Source of the DNA: a virus
Taxonomy: Duplodnaviria; Heunggongvirae; Uroviricota; Caudoviricetes
Length of the DNA: 64,000 nucleotides
Direction: 5' to 3' (one strand)
Virus record (IMG/VR): IMGVR_UViG_3300033405_000002
Location: 179,595-243,594 of that record
Shown piece after piece: positions 32,678 through 41,634 of this stretch. The translations under genes were made by a program, and so were the position numbers. The first letter of the stretch is position 1; each line of letters begins with the position of its first letter. A model generated the notes under the pieces. It searched no databases. It saw nothing but the letters and a program-made list of their open reading frames with translations, and was not told the DNA's origin.

Positions 32678-32712
32678 TTGAACTCAGCCTGAAAGTAAGG
32701 TAATCTTTAAGC

Positions 32713-34485
32713 ATGGCATCCAAAGCAAAATCGAAGCTGAAGTCTGTGGCGAAGTCGGCACCAACCGGGGGCGCTGTGGCGAAACCCGTTGAGTACCTTG
32801 ATGAGAAAGAAGATCAACCGATTATCGTGTCCAAGTGCGATGGTTTCCGTGTCATTGAACTCCACGGCTTTCAATACATAGACTGCCGTGACACCAAACA
32901 CGGCGGGATGCGCAACGAAATTACAGAGTGGCTCTGCAACGAGATGGACGAGGACTCAGTGTACAGCTACACGCACCGCTATCCGGTCACGTTTCTTCTG
33001 GAGCACTACTACATCCTCAACAACATCAACCACAAGGACAAGCGTGCGTTGCTGAAGATTTTGAAGGCTGAACAGAAGAAGCGTTCAGCGACCTACGCGA
33101 CCCGCAAAAAGCAGGGAATGGTGGAAACAGGCGACATCGAAACAGAGTTCCCTGTTGGCGCTGAGGTTGTGTTCCAGAACGGCGACGACATCATTGGCGG
33201 CGTTGTTCAAGCCATCAAGATTCAAAGCTCTTGGTTTCGCGGGACGTACTTTGAAATCCGTTTGCAAATCATCCATGCCATCAAGGGTGAAGTTGCAGCC
33301 GGACATTACACGGTGCGCTTCCCAACGTGGCACGGACTCGTGGAACTCTCCACCTTACCGATGCGAGCGCCTACGGTAAAAGATCGCAAGCTTCTGACGG
33401 AGCGCGGTAAGAAATTCTCCAAGTTCATGAAGCCCGGAACTTACGTTTCCTACAAAGGGACGTTGACGCAGGACAGCTATTGGTCTTCGCGCACGTTCCG
33501 CGCTGACGGACGCGTTGTAGTTGATCCAATCTCGTTCGAGCGCACAGACCCGGAGACGTGGGGCGACTGTATCCGTGCTTGCGGCATTCAGCTTGAAGAG
33601 CGCGACAGCACCACCAAGCTGAAGAGCACGGTGGAGATCGACGAGAAAGATTACTGGCGCTGTCTGCCTGTTCTGTACGGTTTCAGCCTCACCGTTAAGC
33701 AGTGGGGACGGCTGGAGCTTGACGGCATGAGCGACATCCAGTGGCGTGACTCCGCTTGGGAAACTCTCGTGCTCGATCCAGACGAGAAAGACCTGATCTA
33801 CTCGCTCGTGAAGTTCCACGGCGGCGGGTTCACAGACATCATCGAAGGCAAGGGCGGCGGCTGCATTTTCTTACTACACGGCAAGCCGGGATGGGGCAAA
33901 ACTGCGTCCGCTGAAGCTGTGGCTGAGCTACTGCACAAGCCGCTGTACTCCGTCAGCGTCGGCGAACTCGGTGTGAACACTGACGTACTGGAACGGAAGC
34001 TCCGCGAGATTCTCGACGTCGCTACGATCTGGGATGCTGTCATTCTGCTTGATGAAGCTGACATCTTTCTCGAAGAGCGCGATGAGCACAACATTCAGCG
34101 TAACGCAATGGTTGGTGTGTTCCTGCGCTTGCTGGAATACCACAACGGCGTTCTCTTCCTCACCACCAACCGCGTGAAGAAGATTGACCCGGCGTTCTTC
34201 AGCCGTATCTCCGTTGCGTTGCATTACCGCAGCGAAGGCAAAGCGTTGAAGGTCTGGACGAATCTGCTTATCGCATCCGGTCTTGACCCGAACTGGGCCA
34301 CGGAGATGAGCACGTTCGATGTAAACGGACGCCAGATCAAGAATGCAATCCGCATGGCGCAGACACTCGCACGTGCGAAAAATCGTAAGGTTCAAATCAC
34401 CGATCTGAAGCGTTCCTGTGACGCCGCGATCCGGTTTGAGTCTGAGATGACTACAAAGGCAAGGAAGGCGGCTAACGGCGAATGA
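32713..34485 (+). CDS. AAA+ ATPase with an about 380-aa N-terminal domain of unknown function
   Basis: Walker A GKPGWGKT, Walker B ILLDEAD, sensor and Arg residues (TTNRVKKIDPAFFSRI). Confidence 0.7.
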   Translation: MASKAKSKLKSVAKSAPTGGAVAKPVEYLDEKEDQPIIVSKCDGFRVIELHGFQYIDCRDTKHGGMRNEITEWLCNEMDEDSVYSYTHRYPVTFLLEHYYILNNINHKDKRALLKILKAEQKKRSATYATRKKQGMVETGDIETEFPVGAEVVFQNGDDIIGGVVQAIKIQSSWFRGTYFEIRLQIIHAIKGEVAAGHYTVRFPTWHGLVELSTLPMRAPTVKDRKLLTERGKKFSKFMKPGTYVSYKGTLTQDSYWSSRTFRADGRVVVDPISFERTDPETWGDCIRACGIQLEERDSTTKLKSTVEIDEKDYWRCLPVLYGFSLTVKQWGRLELDGMSDIQWRDSAWETLVLDPDEKDLIYSLVKFHGGGFTDIIEGKGGGCIFLLHGKPGWGKTASAEAVAELLHKPLYSVSVGELGVNTDVLERKLREILDVATIWDAVILLDEADIFLEERDEHNIQRNAMVGVFLRLLEYHNGVLFLTTNRVKKIDPAFFSRISVALHYRSEGKALKVWTNLLIASGLDPNWATEMSTFDVNGRQIKNAIRMAQTLARAKNRKVQITDLKRSCDAAIRFESEMTTKARKAANGE

Positions 34486-34617
34486 CCGCCTACGACATCA
34501 TCATACCGATCCTTGGCGCTGCATCAATCGTCGGGCTGGTAACCGCCAGCTTGCAGATGAGCAAAGCGCTCAAGGACGGTAAGGTGAGAGTGGTTGGAAT
34601 CGTGAAGGGCAAAAAAG

Positions 34618-34887
34618 ATGAACGACTTTCTTAACTGGTTCGGCAGGAACATCGACGCTGGGATTTTGGTCTGCATTGTTGTCATCATTTTAGCGGGGAT
34701 TCTGCTCGCTGCAATCCGCGCTTTCATTGACGGAGTTATCAACGCACTTCGAGCATTCACCGGGAAATATCCGCCGCCGCGTCCGGTGGTAGAATGCGAC
34801 TGCCCCAGCGATCCGTGCAAGTGCTGCGCAGACGGAGAATGTGAAAACGAAGACTGCCGCTGCTTTGGTTTAACCGAAGATGAGTAA
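34618..34887 (+). CDS. small membrane protein with a Cys-rich C-terminus
   Basis: TM helix; CDCPSDPCKCCADGECENEDCRC. Confidence 0.4.
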   Translation: MNDFLNWFGRNIDAGILVCIVVIILAGILLAAIRAFIDGVINALRAFTGKYPPPRPVVECDCPSDPCKCCADGECENEDCRCFGLTEDE

Positions 34888-35461
34888 AACCGTTAACGCC
34901 GAAATCAATACGAACGTCACATTTCCTCTCCTCGTGGATGATGATCTCTTTCCCATCGTGCCACAAGACGCACCGTTTAATGACGGGGCCCACATGCTTT
35001 GGTTTGAGCTACACGGCGTAAGGGGCCATTGGTGGGTAATCGTCCAGCAAGGACGGATAGAAAAGGCGTGGAGCCACATTGAGCACAAGACCACGTTCAT
35101 GCACGAGTTGAACAATGGTCAAGGCGCGGACATTGACATCGAAGTTATGCCCGTTGTCAAGTACATCAATAAGTTGGGCATGACGACGATCAGCAGTTGC
35201 CAAGGCTGGCCCGGTCTGCTCGCCGAAGGTGGGCACCGGGGACACGTGTATTTCACTGACGGTAGCGGCTCGTATGAAAACCTAGCCAACTTCGCCTTCA
35301 ACATCCTTCGCCCTATGTTCGCCCACCTGTGGGATGACGTTTGTTTGGGCATCTTTTTGTCAGAAGACATCGGGTTCTACGTGGACTTGAGTTTTCGCAA
35401 TGAGGCCATACCGGAGATAACAAAGCGGTTAGGCTGCTACTGCGAAATACTTCACAAGTAG
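34880..35461 (+). CDS. hypothetical protein
   Basis: 193 aa; ends with TAG. Confidence 0.5.
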   Translation: MSKTVNAEINTNVTFPLLVDDDLFPIVPQDAPFNDGAHMLWFELHGVRGHWWVIVQQGRIEKAWSHIEHKTTFMHELNNGQGADIDIEVMPVVKYINKLGMTTISSCQGWPGLLAEGGHRGHVYFTDGSGSYENLANFAFNILRPMFAHLWDDVCLGIFLSEDIGFYVDLSFRNEAIPEITKRLGCYCEILHK

Positions 35462-35493
35462 CCGAATTTCTCCGATTTCCCGTATACTTAAGC

Positions 35494-35904
35494 ATGAGAC
35501 TTTTCGGGCTAGTCCTTCTCTTTGCATCCTTCACACAGGCATCCACCGCACGTCATCCGCTCGCGGAGCCTGTCTTTCAAAATGTTGCTTATGCTCACAC
35601 CGGATATGAGTCCATGCGCGAGACGGCGGTGTTTTCAGGGATCGAGCGCCAGCCGTGCGCGAAGACTACGGAGCCTGAGCCGCTTTCAACCCCCGGCCCG
35701 CTGGGTGTTGTGGATTCTGGCGAAGTTGTCATTAGCTACATCATTGGGATTGATGGGCGCGTGGATGGCGTGCTCGTCATGGAGAGCGTCGGGACAAAGA
35801 CCGATCAAGCGGTTGTTCGCGCCGTCAAGCAGTGGCGGTTCCGTCCGGCAAAGTGCAACGGCATTCCGTTCGATACCGAAGGCAGGACCAGCTTTACTTT
35901 TTAG
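35494..35904 (+). CDS. secreted protein with a TonB C-terminal-like domain
   Basis: signal peptide; 'DQAVVRAVKQWRFRPAKCNGIPF' matches the TonB-C signature. Confidence 0.45.
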   Translation: MRLFGLVLLFASFTQASTARHPLAEPVFQNVAYAHTGYESMRETAVFSGIERQPCAKTTEPEPLSTPGPLGVVDSGEVVISYIIGIDGRVDGVLVMESVGTKTDQAVVRAVKQWRFRPAKCNGIPFDTEGRTSFTF

Positions 35905-36250
35905 CCAGCGCCTTCTCTAGCTCCGCATCTATCGCTTTCAAAGTCTTTTTCAGTGTGGCGTCGATCTCTGCCGTAACTTTGTGATAGGTTTGCAGGTAAA
36001 GGTTGCGCTCGCGGTCGTACTCTTTGTCGTAGTCCTTGCCAGCCGACTTTTTTGATGTATCCGCCCGCAGTCCGGCTAGGTAGCGGTTCCACGCCATGCT
36101 CATGCCCGTGTTGTAGTCTTTATTGGCCTTATCGAAAGCTTTCTCCCACTCGTCATCCGCAGCTTTGGCGGCACGTGCGGCTACCGTTTCCGGCGAGAGC
36201 GTGGGGACAGCTTTAGGCGCGTCCGGGGCTTTTGTCTTTTTAGCCATCAC
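35894..36250 (-). CDS. hypothetical Lys/Ala/Asp-rich protein (minus strand)
   Basis: 118 aa; convergent with the 35494 gene. Confidence 0.45.
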   Translation of the reverse strand: MMAKKTKAPDAPKAVPTLSPETVAARAAKAADDEWEKAFDKANKDYNTGMSMAWNRYLAGLRADTSKKSAGKDYDKEYDRERNLYLQTYHKVTAEIDATLKKTLKAIDAELEKALAKK

Positions 36251-36275
36251 TGTAAAATACTGGTATTAAGCACGT

Positions 36276-37106
36276 ATGAGCGATTCTACCCTTTTCTGGC
36301 AAGAAGTCCGGCGCAGTCTTATGGTGCGCGGGGACGAATGGAAACCAGTCATCGAGTCCCTTCCCGATCATGTTTCAGCGAGCGAAGCAAAACAGCTAAT
36401 TCAATCCGCCGACCAGCTTACTGTCCTTCAAGGGCAAGGATACATTGCTGGCGGTTTGATCGAGTCTACACCGCTGAAAATGATCCTGTTGGCCCACGTC
36501 AATGACTCCGAGTTGAATCTGGAGAACATTACACTTCAATGGCTCTACAGATTCATCATCGTGGAGTCCCTGTTGGAACATGTCCGCAAAGAGCCGATGG
36601 CAAAGTGGCCTCCGATGTTCCTGCACATGGTTGAGCAGGGTTTGAACTTTTTGGTCTACATGGCGGCTTTACTGGTTTTGATCGAAGAGAAGAAAGTCAG
36701 CTATGAAGACTGGGTGTACGGGAATGGAGTCAAAAAATATCTTGTCCCACTTTCCGGCTTTGCGGAGACTGAAACACTCGTCAAAAATCGCGTAGCGGAA
36801 GCCTGCGCGTTCCTCCATCCGAAAGCGCAGGACTACGGTGAGAGCTTCCGGCGTCACGGCCTACCGGGATTGATGCCGCGTCTATGGGACAAAATCGCTC
36901 GCTATGCACAACTCAAGGCAGACAACCGCGCCGGGAACTTCGAGAAGAAGGAAGATTCTGCACGCGACCTGCTTGGCTATTGCTGCATTGCCTATTCGCT
37001 TATGCTAGAATTGCCCAAAGAGCTTCGCATAAGCTACCAGCCATCGGCTGTTTACGAAACTGACAGCAATGTAGCCGCAGGCGCGAAATGGAAGAAAGTT
37101 AACTGA
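36276..37106 (+). CDS. hypothetical protein
   Basis: 276 aa. Confidence 0.5.
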   Translation: MSDSTLFWQEVRRSLMVRGDEWKPVIESLPDHVSASEAKQLIQSADQLTVLQGQGYIAGGLIESTPLKMILLAHVNDSELNLENITLQWLYRFIIVESLLEHVRKEPMAKWPPMFLHMVEQGLNFLVYMAALLVLIEEKKVSYEDWVYGNGVKKYLVPLSGFAETETLVKNRVAEACAFLHPKAQDYGESFRRHGLPGLMPRLWDKIARYAQLKADNRAGNFEKKEDSARDLLGYCCIAYSLMLELPKELRISYQPSAVYETDSNVAAGAKWKKVN

Positions 37107-37453
37107 TGCCTTACATCAACGAGCCAAACCGTGAATTGCTTGACCCGCGTATTGAAGAACTTGCGGCACACATCACTTCGACGGGCGATCTCAACTACGT
37201 TGTCACGCGGCTCGCGCTCAAACACCTGATCGAACTGGGTCTCAATGACTACGGGAATTTCGATTCCGAAATGGGAATGTTCCTGTGCGCCTTGCTGGAA
37301 ATGTACCGCAGGGTTGGCACCATTTACGAAGACCTGAAGATCAAGCAGAACGGTGACGTGCCGGAGTACGCGCAAGTAGAGCAGATGGTGCGTAGGCTGG
37401 GGAATCAGTTACCTGCAAACCACGCGGCGGACGCAAGCCAAGCACACGGGTAA
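37106..37453 (+). CDS. hypothetical protein
   Basis: ATGA overlap with the upstream gene. Confidence 0.5.
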   Translation: MPYINEPNRELLDPRIEELAAHITSTGDLNYVVTRLALKHLIELGLNDYGNFDSEMGMFLCALLEMYRRVGTIYEDLKIKQNGDVPEYAQVEQMVRRLGNQLPANHAADASQAHG

Positions 37454-37487
37454 TTGACTAAAATTTACTGAAAGTTGACTCAAATCT

Positions 37488-37652
37488 ATGGCGCAGCGAA
37501 ACGAGTTCGGCGACGTAACAATCACCCTGACAGAAGAAGATTACACGTACCTGCTCATCATGTTGGGCTATGCCTGTGGCGCGGCGAGCGAGCGGAAGGA
37601 CGACAAGGCTGACTTGTTCCTTGACATCACCACAAAGGTTATTCAAAGCTAA
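37488..37652 (+). CDS. small ORF (54 aa)
   Basis: its stop overlaps the ATG of the next gene. Confidence 0.3.
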   Translation: MAQRNEFGDVTITLTEEDYTYLLIMLGYACGAASERKDDKADLFLDITTKVIQS

Positions 37653-37963
37653 TGCCCACATTGAAGCTGACTTTTACACCGTCCGAACTCACGGATGACG
37701 CGAGAGCTTATCTCGAACAACGTTTCATGCAAGAAGATTACGAGAGCATGTGGCTTAGCATCGACAGTCTTCTTGAGGAACTCGCTGATGATTGGATGGA
37801 AGGTTTAACCATAGACGCAAGCACCATCAATTGGGAGAAAACTTCGCTGAAAGACATCCCGAAGGCTTGGTGGAAACGTATGGCTTTCTCTCCAAAAATG
37901 GAGAGAGCAATCAAGGCGTTCTGGAAGAAACACCCCACGGGGGAGATCGAGTGGAGTTGGTAG
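37652..37963 (+). CDS. hypothetical protein
   Basis: 103 aa. Confidence 0.45.
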   Translation: MPTLKLTFTPSELTDDARAYLEQRFMQEDYESMWLSIDSLLEELADDWMEGLTIDASTINWEKTSLKDIPKAWWKRMAFSPKMERAIKAFWKKHPTGEIEWSW

Positions 37964-38823
37964 TGAGAGTCCAAGACCTTTTCAACTTCATCTACGAGCG
38001 CCATTCAATTCATACCAAACGGGCACTTGGTTTACCCAAGCCGTGGACTGACGATCCCATTCTTCAAAGCTATCGCTTCTGCAATGCCTACCGTGAACTT
38101 GACCGGGAAACAATCTGGATCAAAGAAAACTGGCGCGATCCCCACAAGTATGAACCTGAAGTATGGTTTGCAATGGCGGTCGCTCGCTTCGTAAATTGGT
38201 CGCCGACGCTCGCTGAGATTGGTTATCCGGTGCCGTGGGATGAGCGCGTCAGTTCCTACACCATGAAGGAACATTTTGTTAACACGCTGAAGATGCGCGA
38301 GCAAGCCGGGGAGAAAGTCTGGACTGGCGCTTACCTGATCCATGCGGGTAAAGGCGGGAGTAAGGTTGCGCACGTTGCTGATAACATTCTCACGCCGTTG
38401 TGGGAGAGGCGAGATTTTGTGCTCGAAGCCACTTTCAGTTGTGAAGCACTCAGTCAGCGCTTGCAGGAATTCAATGGCATCGGCAGCTTCATGGCGGGGC
38501 AGATTGTCTGTGACACAAAGTACACCCGCTTGCTGGACACCGCGCAAGATTGGTGGGAGTTTGTCGTACCGGGCCCCGGCAGCCTGCGCGGTCTTAACCG
38601 CGTGATGGATCGTCCGGTGAATCAGCGATGGAAGCCCAGCGAGTGGCGTGTGGAGTTGCTTTTACTCAAGACACGCATCGGGCCTTTATTCTTGAACGCG
38701 GGAATGCCGCCGATCTCAGCCCAAGACTTGCAGAACTGTTTGTGCGAGTTTGACAAGTACGAGCGCGTCCGTCTCGGTGAAGGGCGTCCTCGAAACAATT
38801 TCGCTGGAAAAGCTGAAGTGTGA
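37951..38823 (+). CDS. hypothetical protein ('YRFCNAYRELDRET' motif); identity unknown
   Basis: GTG start overlapping the upstream gene; about 290 aa. Confidence 0.45.
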   Translation: MELVVRVQDLFNFIYERHSIHTKRALGLPKPWTDDPILQSYRFCNAYRELDRETIWIKENWRDPHKYEPEVWFAMAVARFVNWSPTLAEIGYPVPWDERVSSYTMKEHFVNTLKMREQAGEKVWTGAYLIHAGKGGSKVAHVADNILTPLWERRDFVLEATFSCEALSQRLQEFNGIGSFMAGQIVCDTKYTRLLDTAQDWWEFVVPGPGSLRGLNRVMDRPVNQRWKPSEWRVELLLLKTRIGPLFLNAGMPPISAQDLQNCLCEFDKYERVRLGEGRPRNNFAGKAEV

Positions 38824-38846
38824 TAGAATTAGGTGACGAGGAATTT

Positions 38847-39131
38847 ATGAACGGTGCCGGAACTGAAGAAACAAACCAACCTACTTTCACCCCAGAACAA
38901 GAAGCCGCAGCCAAGGAACTTGTCACCAAGTTGGCTACCGTTTGCCGCGAGTACGAGCCGGGACTTGTTCTTTTCGTGCTGGAAGCTTGCTTGTCTGAGG
39001 AGCTTGCCCGCATCAGTCCTGTTATTGGCATGATGTTCGACGGCTACATGCGTGAGTTCAAGAAGAGGTCATCCTTGATTCTTAACGTCATGGAAGCTCT
39101 GGAGAAGACCGTCGAGCGTCAGGAGACATAA
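38847..39131 (+). CDS. hypothetical protein
   Basis: GAGGA RBS then ATG 38847 (alternative GTG at 38820). Confidence 0.45.
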   Translation: MNGAGTEETNQPTFTPEQEAAAKELVTKLATVCREYEPGLVLFVLEACLSEELARISPVIGMMFDGYMREFKKRSSLILNVMEALEKTVERQET

Positions 39132-39135
39132 AGAA

Positions 39136-39366
39136 ATGACGATGGAAGAACTCATGAAGTCGCCACTGGCGGCTCTTGCGCTTGCGTCCGTACAAGCTGA
39201 CCCAACATTGAAAACGGAAACGCCTGTCTACACTCAAAAGCTGTACGAGTGGATGCGCGAGAATCAGATCACATTGCCACAGCTAATCTGCGCTTTTACA
39301 AACCTGTTGGGAACCTACTGTGACGATTCGATGATGAATTTTCCGGGTTCGGACACGATCAACTAA
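39136..39366 (+). CDS. hypothetical protein
   Basis: 76 aa. Confidence 0.45.
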   Translation: MTMEELMKSPLAALALASVQADPTLKTETPVYTQKLYEWMRENQITLPQLICAFTNLLGTYCDDSMMNFPGSDTIN

Positions 39367-39923
39367 CGCTTTTTCTTTTTTCGTGCTTTGAGAGCTAGGG
39401 CGACAACCGCGTCCCCTAGCTTTTCTTCTTCATCCCAGCCGATCTCCATCCAGAAGTTGTTCTTCATCACTTTCCTCACCTGCTTATCGAACGCTCGCGC
39501 TTCCGCTTCCGTCTTCTGCACGCGGCTTTCCGGGTCATACGATCCCGGCGTTGGATGGATGTAGACGTTATACGTCTCGAATCGCTTGGCGCAGTCGGCA
39601 ACCACCACCTTCAGGCTTTTCTCGTAAGGGTGCCCCTTAAAATAGAGCGTCTGTTGCTCCAACGATGAGTCACAGATTGCAACCTCGAAGCTGTGGCGCT
39701 TCAGCCGCAGCACTCGCTCGTACTGCTGACCTACCACAAGCACTTGGTTGTCGAGAAGTTGCTGAGGAACCCGGTCGGGCGGGTATTCGTAGATGTGATG
39801 CTCTCGCGCCGCTTCACTGGTGAGTTCCGTCCTGATCCCGGCCTTCTTCAAACGGTACGCCAGATAGTAGGATAGGGTGGTTTTCCCGCACCCCGGCCCG
39901 CCACATAAGTTGATGAGAATCAT
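39363..39923 (-). CDS. P-loop NTPase or kinase (minus strand)
   Basis: Walker A LCGGPGCGKTT; small-kinase-sized at 186 aa. Confidence 0.6.
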   Translation of the reverse strand: MILINLCGGPGCGKTTLSYYLAYRLKKAGIRTELTSEAAREHHIYEYPPDRVPQQLLDNQVLVVGQQYERVLRLKRHSFEVAICDSSLEQQTLYFKGHPYEKSLKVVVADCAKRFETYNVYIHPTPGSYDPESRVQKTEAEARAFDKQVRKVMKNNFWMEIGWDEEEKLGDAVVALALKARKKKKR

Positions 39924-39962
39924 ATCAGTAAATACGCGATTCTAGGTTAGAGGAACCCTTTC

Positions 39963-40916
39963 ATGATCGTTTTAACCCAAGGACAACAGACGGGCACGCA
40001 AGACTTGGCGATCCTCGTCCGTGACGGCAATGGGAACCTTGTCGATCCGGTGTCAATCAGCTACACCATCTTCAAGCTAAAGGACTTGGTGCCTACCAAG
40101 CCGACCGTTGCCTACGAGTATGACATGCGTCAACCGCTGAATATGGAGGGAGGCCCGCCGCTCCCGCCTGAAGGCTCCACGCTCGTGAGCCAGCCACAAT
40201 CCACCCCGGTCAAGGCGTCCGTTGGCACCTACTACGCCCAATTCACGATTCCGACCACGTGGAAGGGACAATACAAGATCGTGTGGCAGCTTCAGGTGTT
40301 CTCCGGTTCCTGCCCTATCAGCTACGTCCACATGGACTTTATCGTCCAGTCGATTGATCCGGCTGATCCGGCCTTCGAAGCACCGTCCATGATTATTGGT
40401 AAGCAGATGGGCATCGCCGACGCTCGCACAACACCCGCAATGTTCGCTCAAGCCATTCGCGTCGTGCGTGAACTTTTGTCAGACACGAACCCAGACCGAA
40501 ACTACCACTTCCGTCCACCAACTCCGGGTAGGGTGGTTGCGAACTACACGACTCGCGTCGGTTTTATTTGGCTGGACACGACGATTCTCGTCAATCTGGC
40601 GATGTCAATCTCCATGCTCAATCTGTACAACCCGATGAACTACTACAACTGGAATCTGAACACGATTCCGTATGACTGGGGCAACATCGCAGCGCTCGAA
40701 GCAGCATCACTCTGTCTCAGCGGCGAATCGGCACGTTGGGCGGCTGAAGAGTTTGGTTACAGCTTGAACGGTGTTTCGCTCGATCTGAACAAATCCGGGC
40801 TGTACCAGTCACTCGCGACGACATATCAACAGCAGTTCAACACAATGGCCCCGCTGGTTACGGCGAACCGTCCGTTCAGCGCAGGTCTGCGCCAGCAACG
40901 CTGGCTCTTGGGATGA
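39963..40916 (+). CDS. hypothetical protein (possibly structural); contains copy 1 of the 114-bp repeat
   Basis: 317 aa. Confidence 0.55.
   Translation: MIVLTQGQQTGTQDLAILVRDGNGNLVDPVSISYTIFKLKDLVPTKPTVAYEYDMRQPLNMEGGPPLPPEGSTLVSQPQSTPVKASVGTYYAQFTIPTTWKGQYKIVWQLQVFSGSCPISYVHMDFIVQSIDPADPAFEAPSMIIGKQMGIADARTTPAMFAQAIRVVRELLSDTNPDRNYHFRPPTPGRVVANYTTRVGFIWLDTTILVNLAMSISMLNLYNPMNYYNWNLNTIPYDWGNIAALEAASLCLSGESARWAAEEFGYSLNGVSLDLNKSGLYQSLATTYQQQFNTMAPLVTANRPFSAGLRQQRWLLG
40445..40558 (+). repeat. 114-bp perfect direct repeat, copy 1, inside the 39963 gene
   Basis: identical to 41007-41120. Confidence 0.8.
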
Positions 40917-40965
40917 CGGCTTACATTTTCCGACTTTCTCAGTATTAGACAGAGAGGTCACTATG

Positions 40966-41136
40966 TACATCTATCTCATTGTCAACCACGTCACCGGAAA
41001 GTATTACGCTCAAGCCATTCGCGTCGTGCGTGAACTTTTGTCAGACACGAACCCAGACCGAAACTACCACTTCCGTCCACCAACTCCGGGTAGGGTGGTT
41101 GCGAACTACACGACTCGCGTTGGAACGAGCTTATGA
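40966..41136 (+). CDS. small ORF that re-encodes the 38-aa segment AQAIRVVRELLSDTNPDRNYHFRPPTPGRVVANYTTRVG with a new N-terminus
   Basis: formed by repeat copy 2 in the same frame as in the parent gene. Confidence 0.25.
   Translation, partial: YIYLIVNHVTGKYYAQAIRVVRELLSDTNPDRNYHFRPPTPGRVVANYTTRVGTSL
41007..41120 (+). repeat. 114-bp perfect direct repeat, copy 2, intergenic
   Basis: identical to 40445-40558. Confidence 0.8.
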
Positions 41137-41453
41137 CTGGGCACGACACATCACCTGAGACGATAGAAAAAATCAAAGCCGCCCGCGCTGAACAGGACGA
41201 GTCTCAGCGTCTAAACGCTTGGAACGATTGGAAAGAACAAAAGCTTACAGAAGACCCTGAGCATTTCAAAAAGATCGGAGGACGTGCTTCTAAAGAAGAC
41301 ACAAGGGCAACAACCTTCAGCATTACCTTCAACAGAAATTTTATGAAGCAAAGCACCGACGCGAGTCTGAACATCGGAGAGAAGTGCGTGGATGGTAAAA
41401 GCATCACGACCGTGCTTCCGCATGGATGCGTAAAGATGGGAACGATTCTTTAA
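41133..41453 (+). CDS. hypothetical protein
   Basis: 106 aa. Confidence 0.4.
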   Translation: MTGHDTSPETIEKIKAARAEQDESQRLNAWNDWKEQKLTEDPEHFKKIGGRASKEDTRATTFSITFNRNFMKQSTDASLNIGEKCVDGKSITTVLPHGCVKMGTIL

Positions 41454-41634
41454 GCGTCGGACAGCAAGGCACGCGCAGGCCGCATGGGTTCTCGCGAAGA
41501 CAAGCAAAAGGCAGCCCGTGCCAGCATCGCAAGCGGCAGTTTGGTGAAAGCACACCACACCCGCTGGCACGTCAACCGTGGCATTATCAACCCTACATGC
41601 CAGCTATGCGTTCCTTCTAGTAGGTAAGGCGCAA

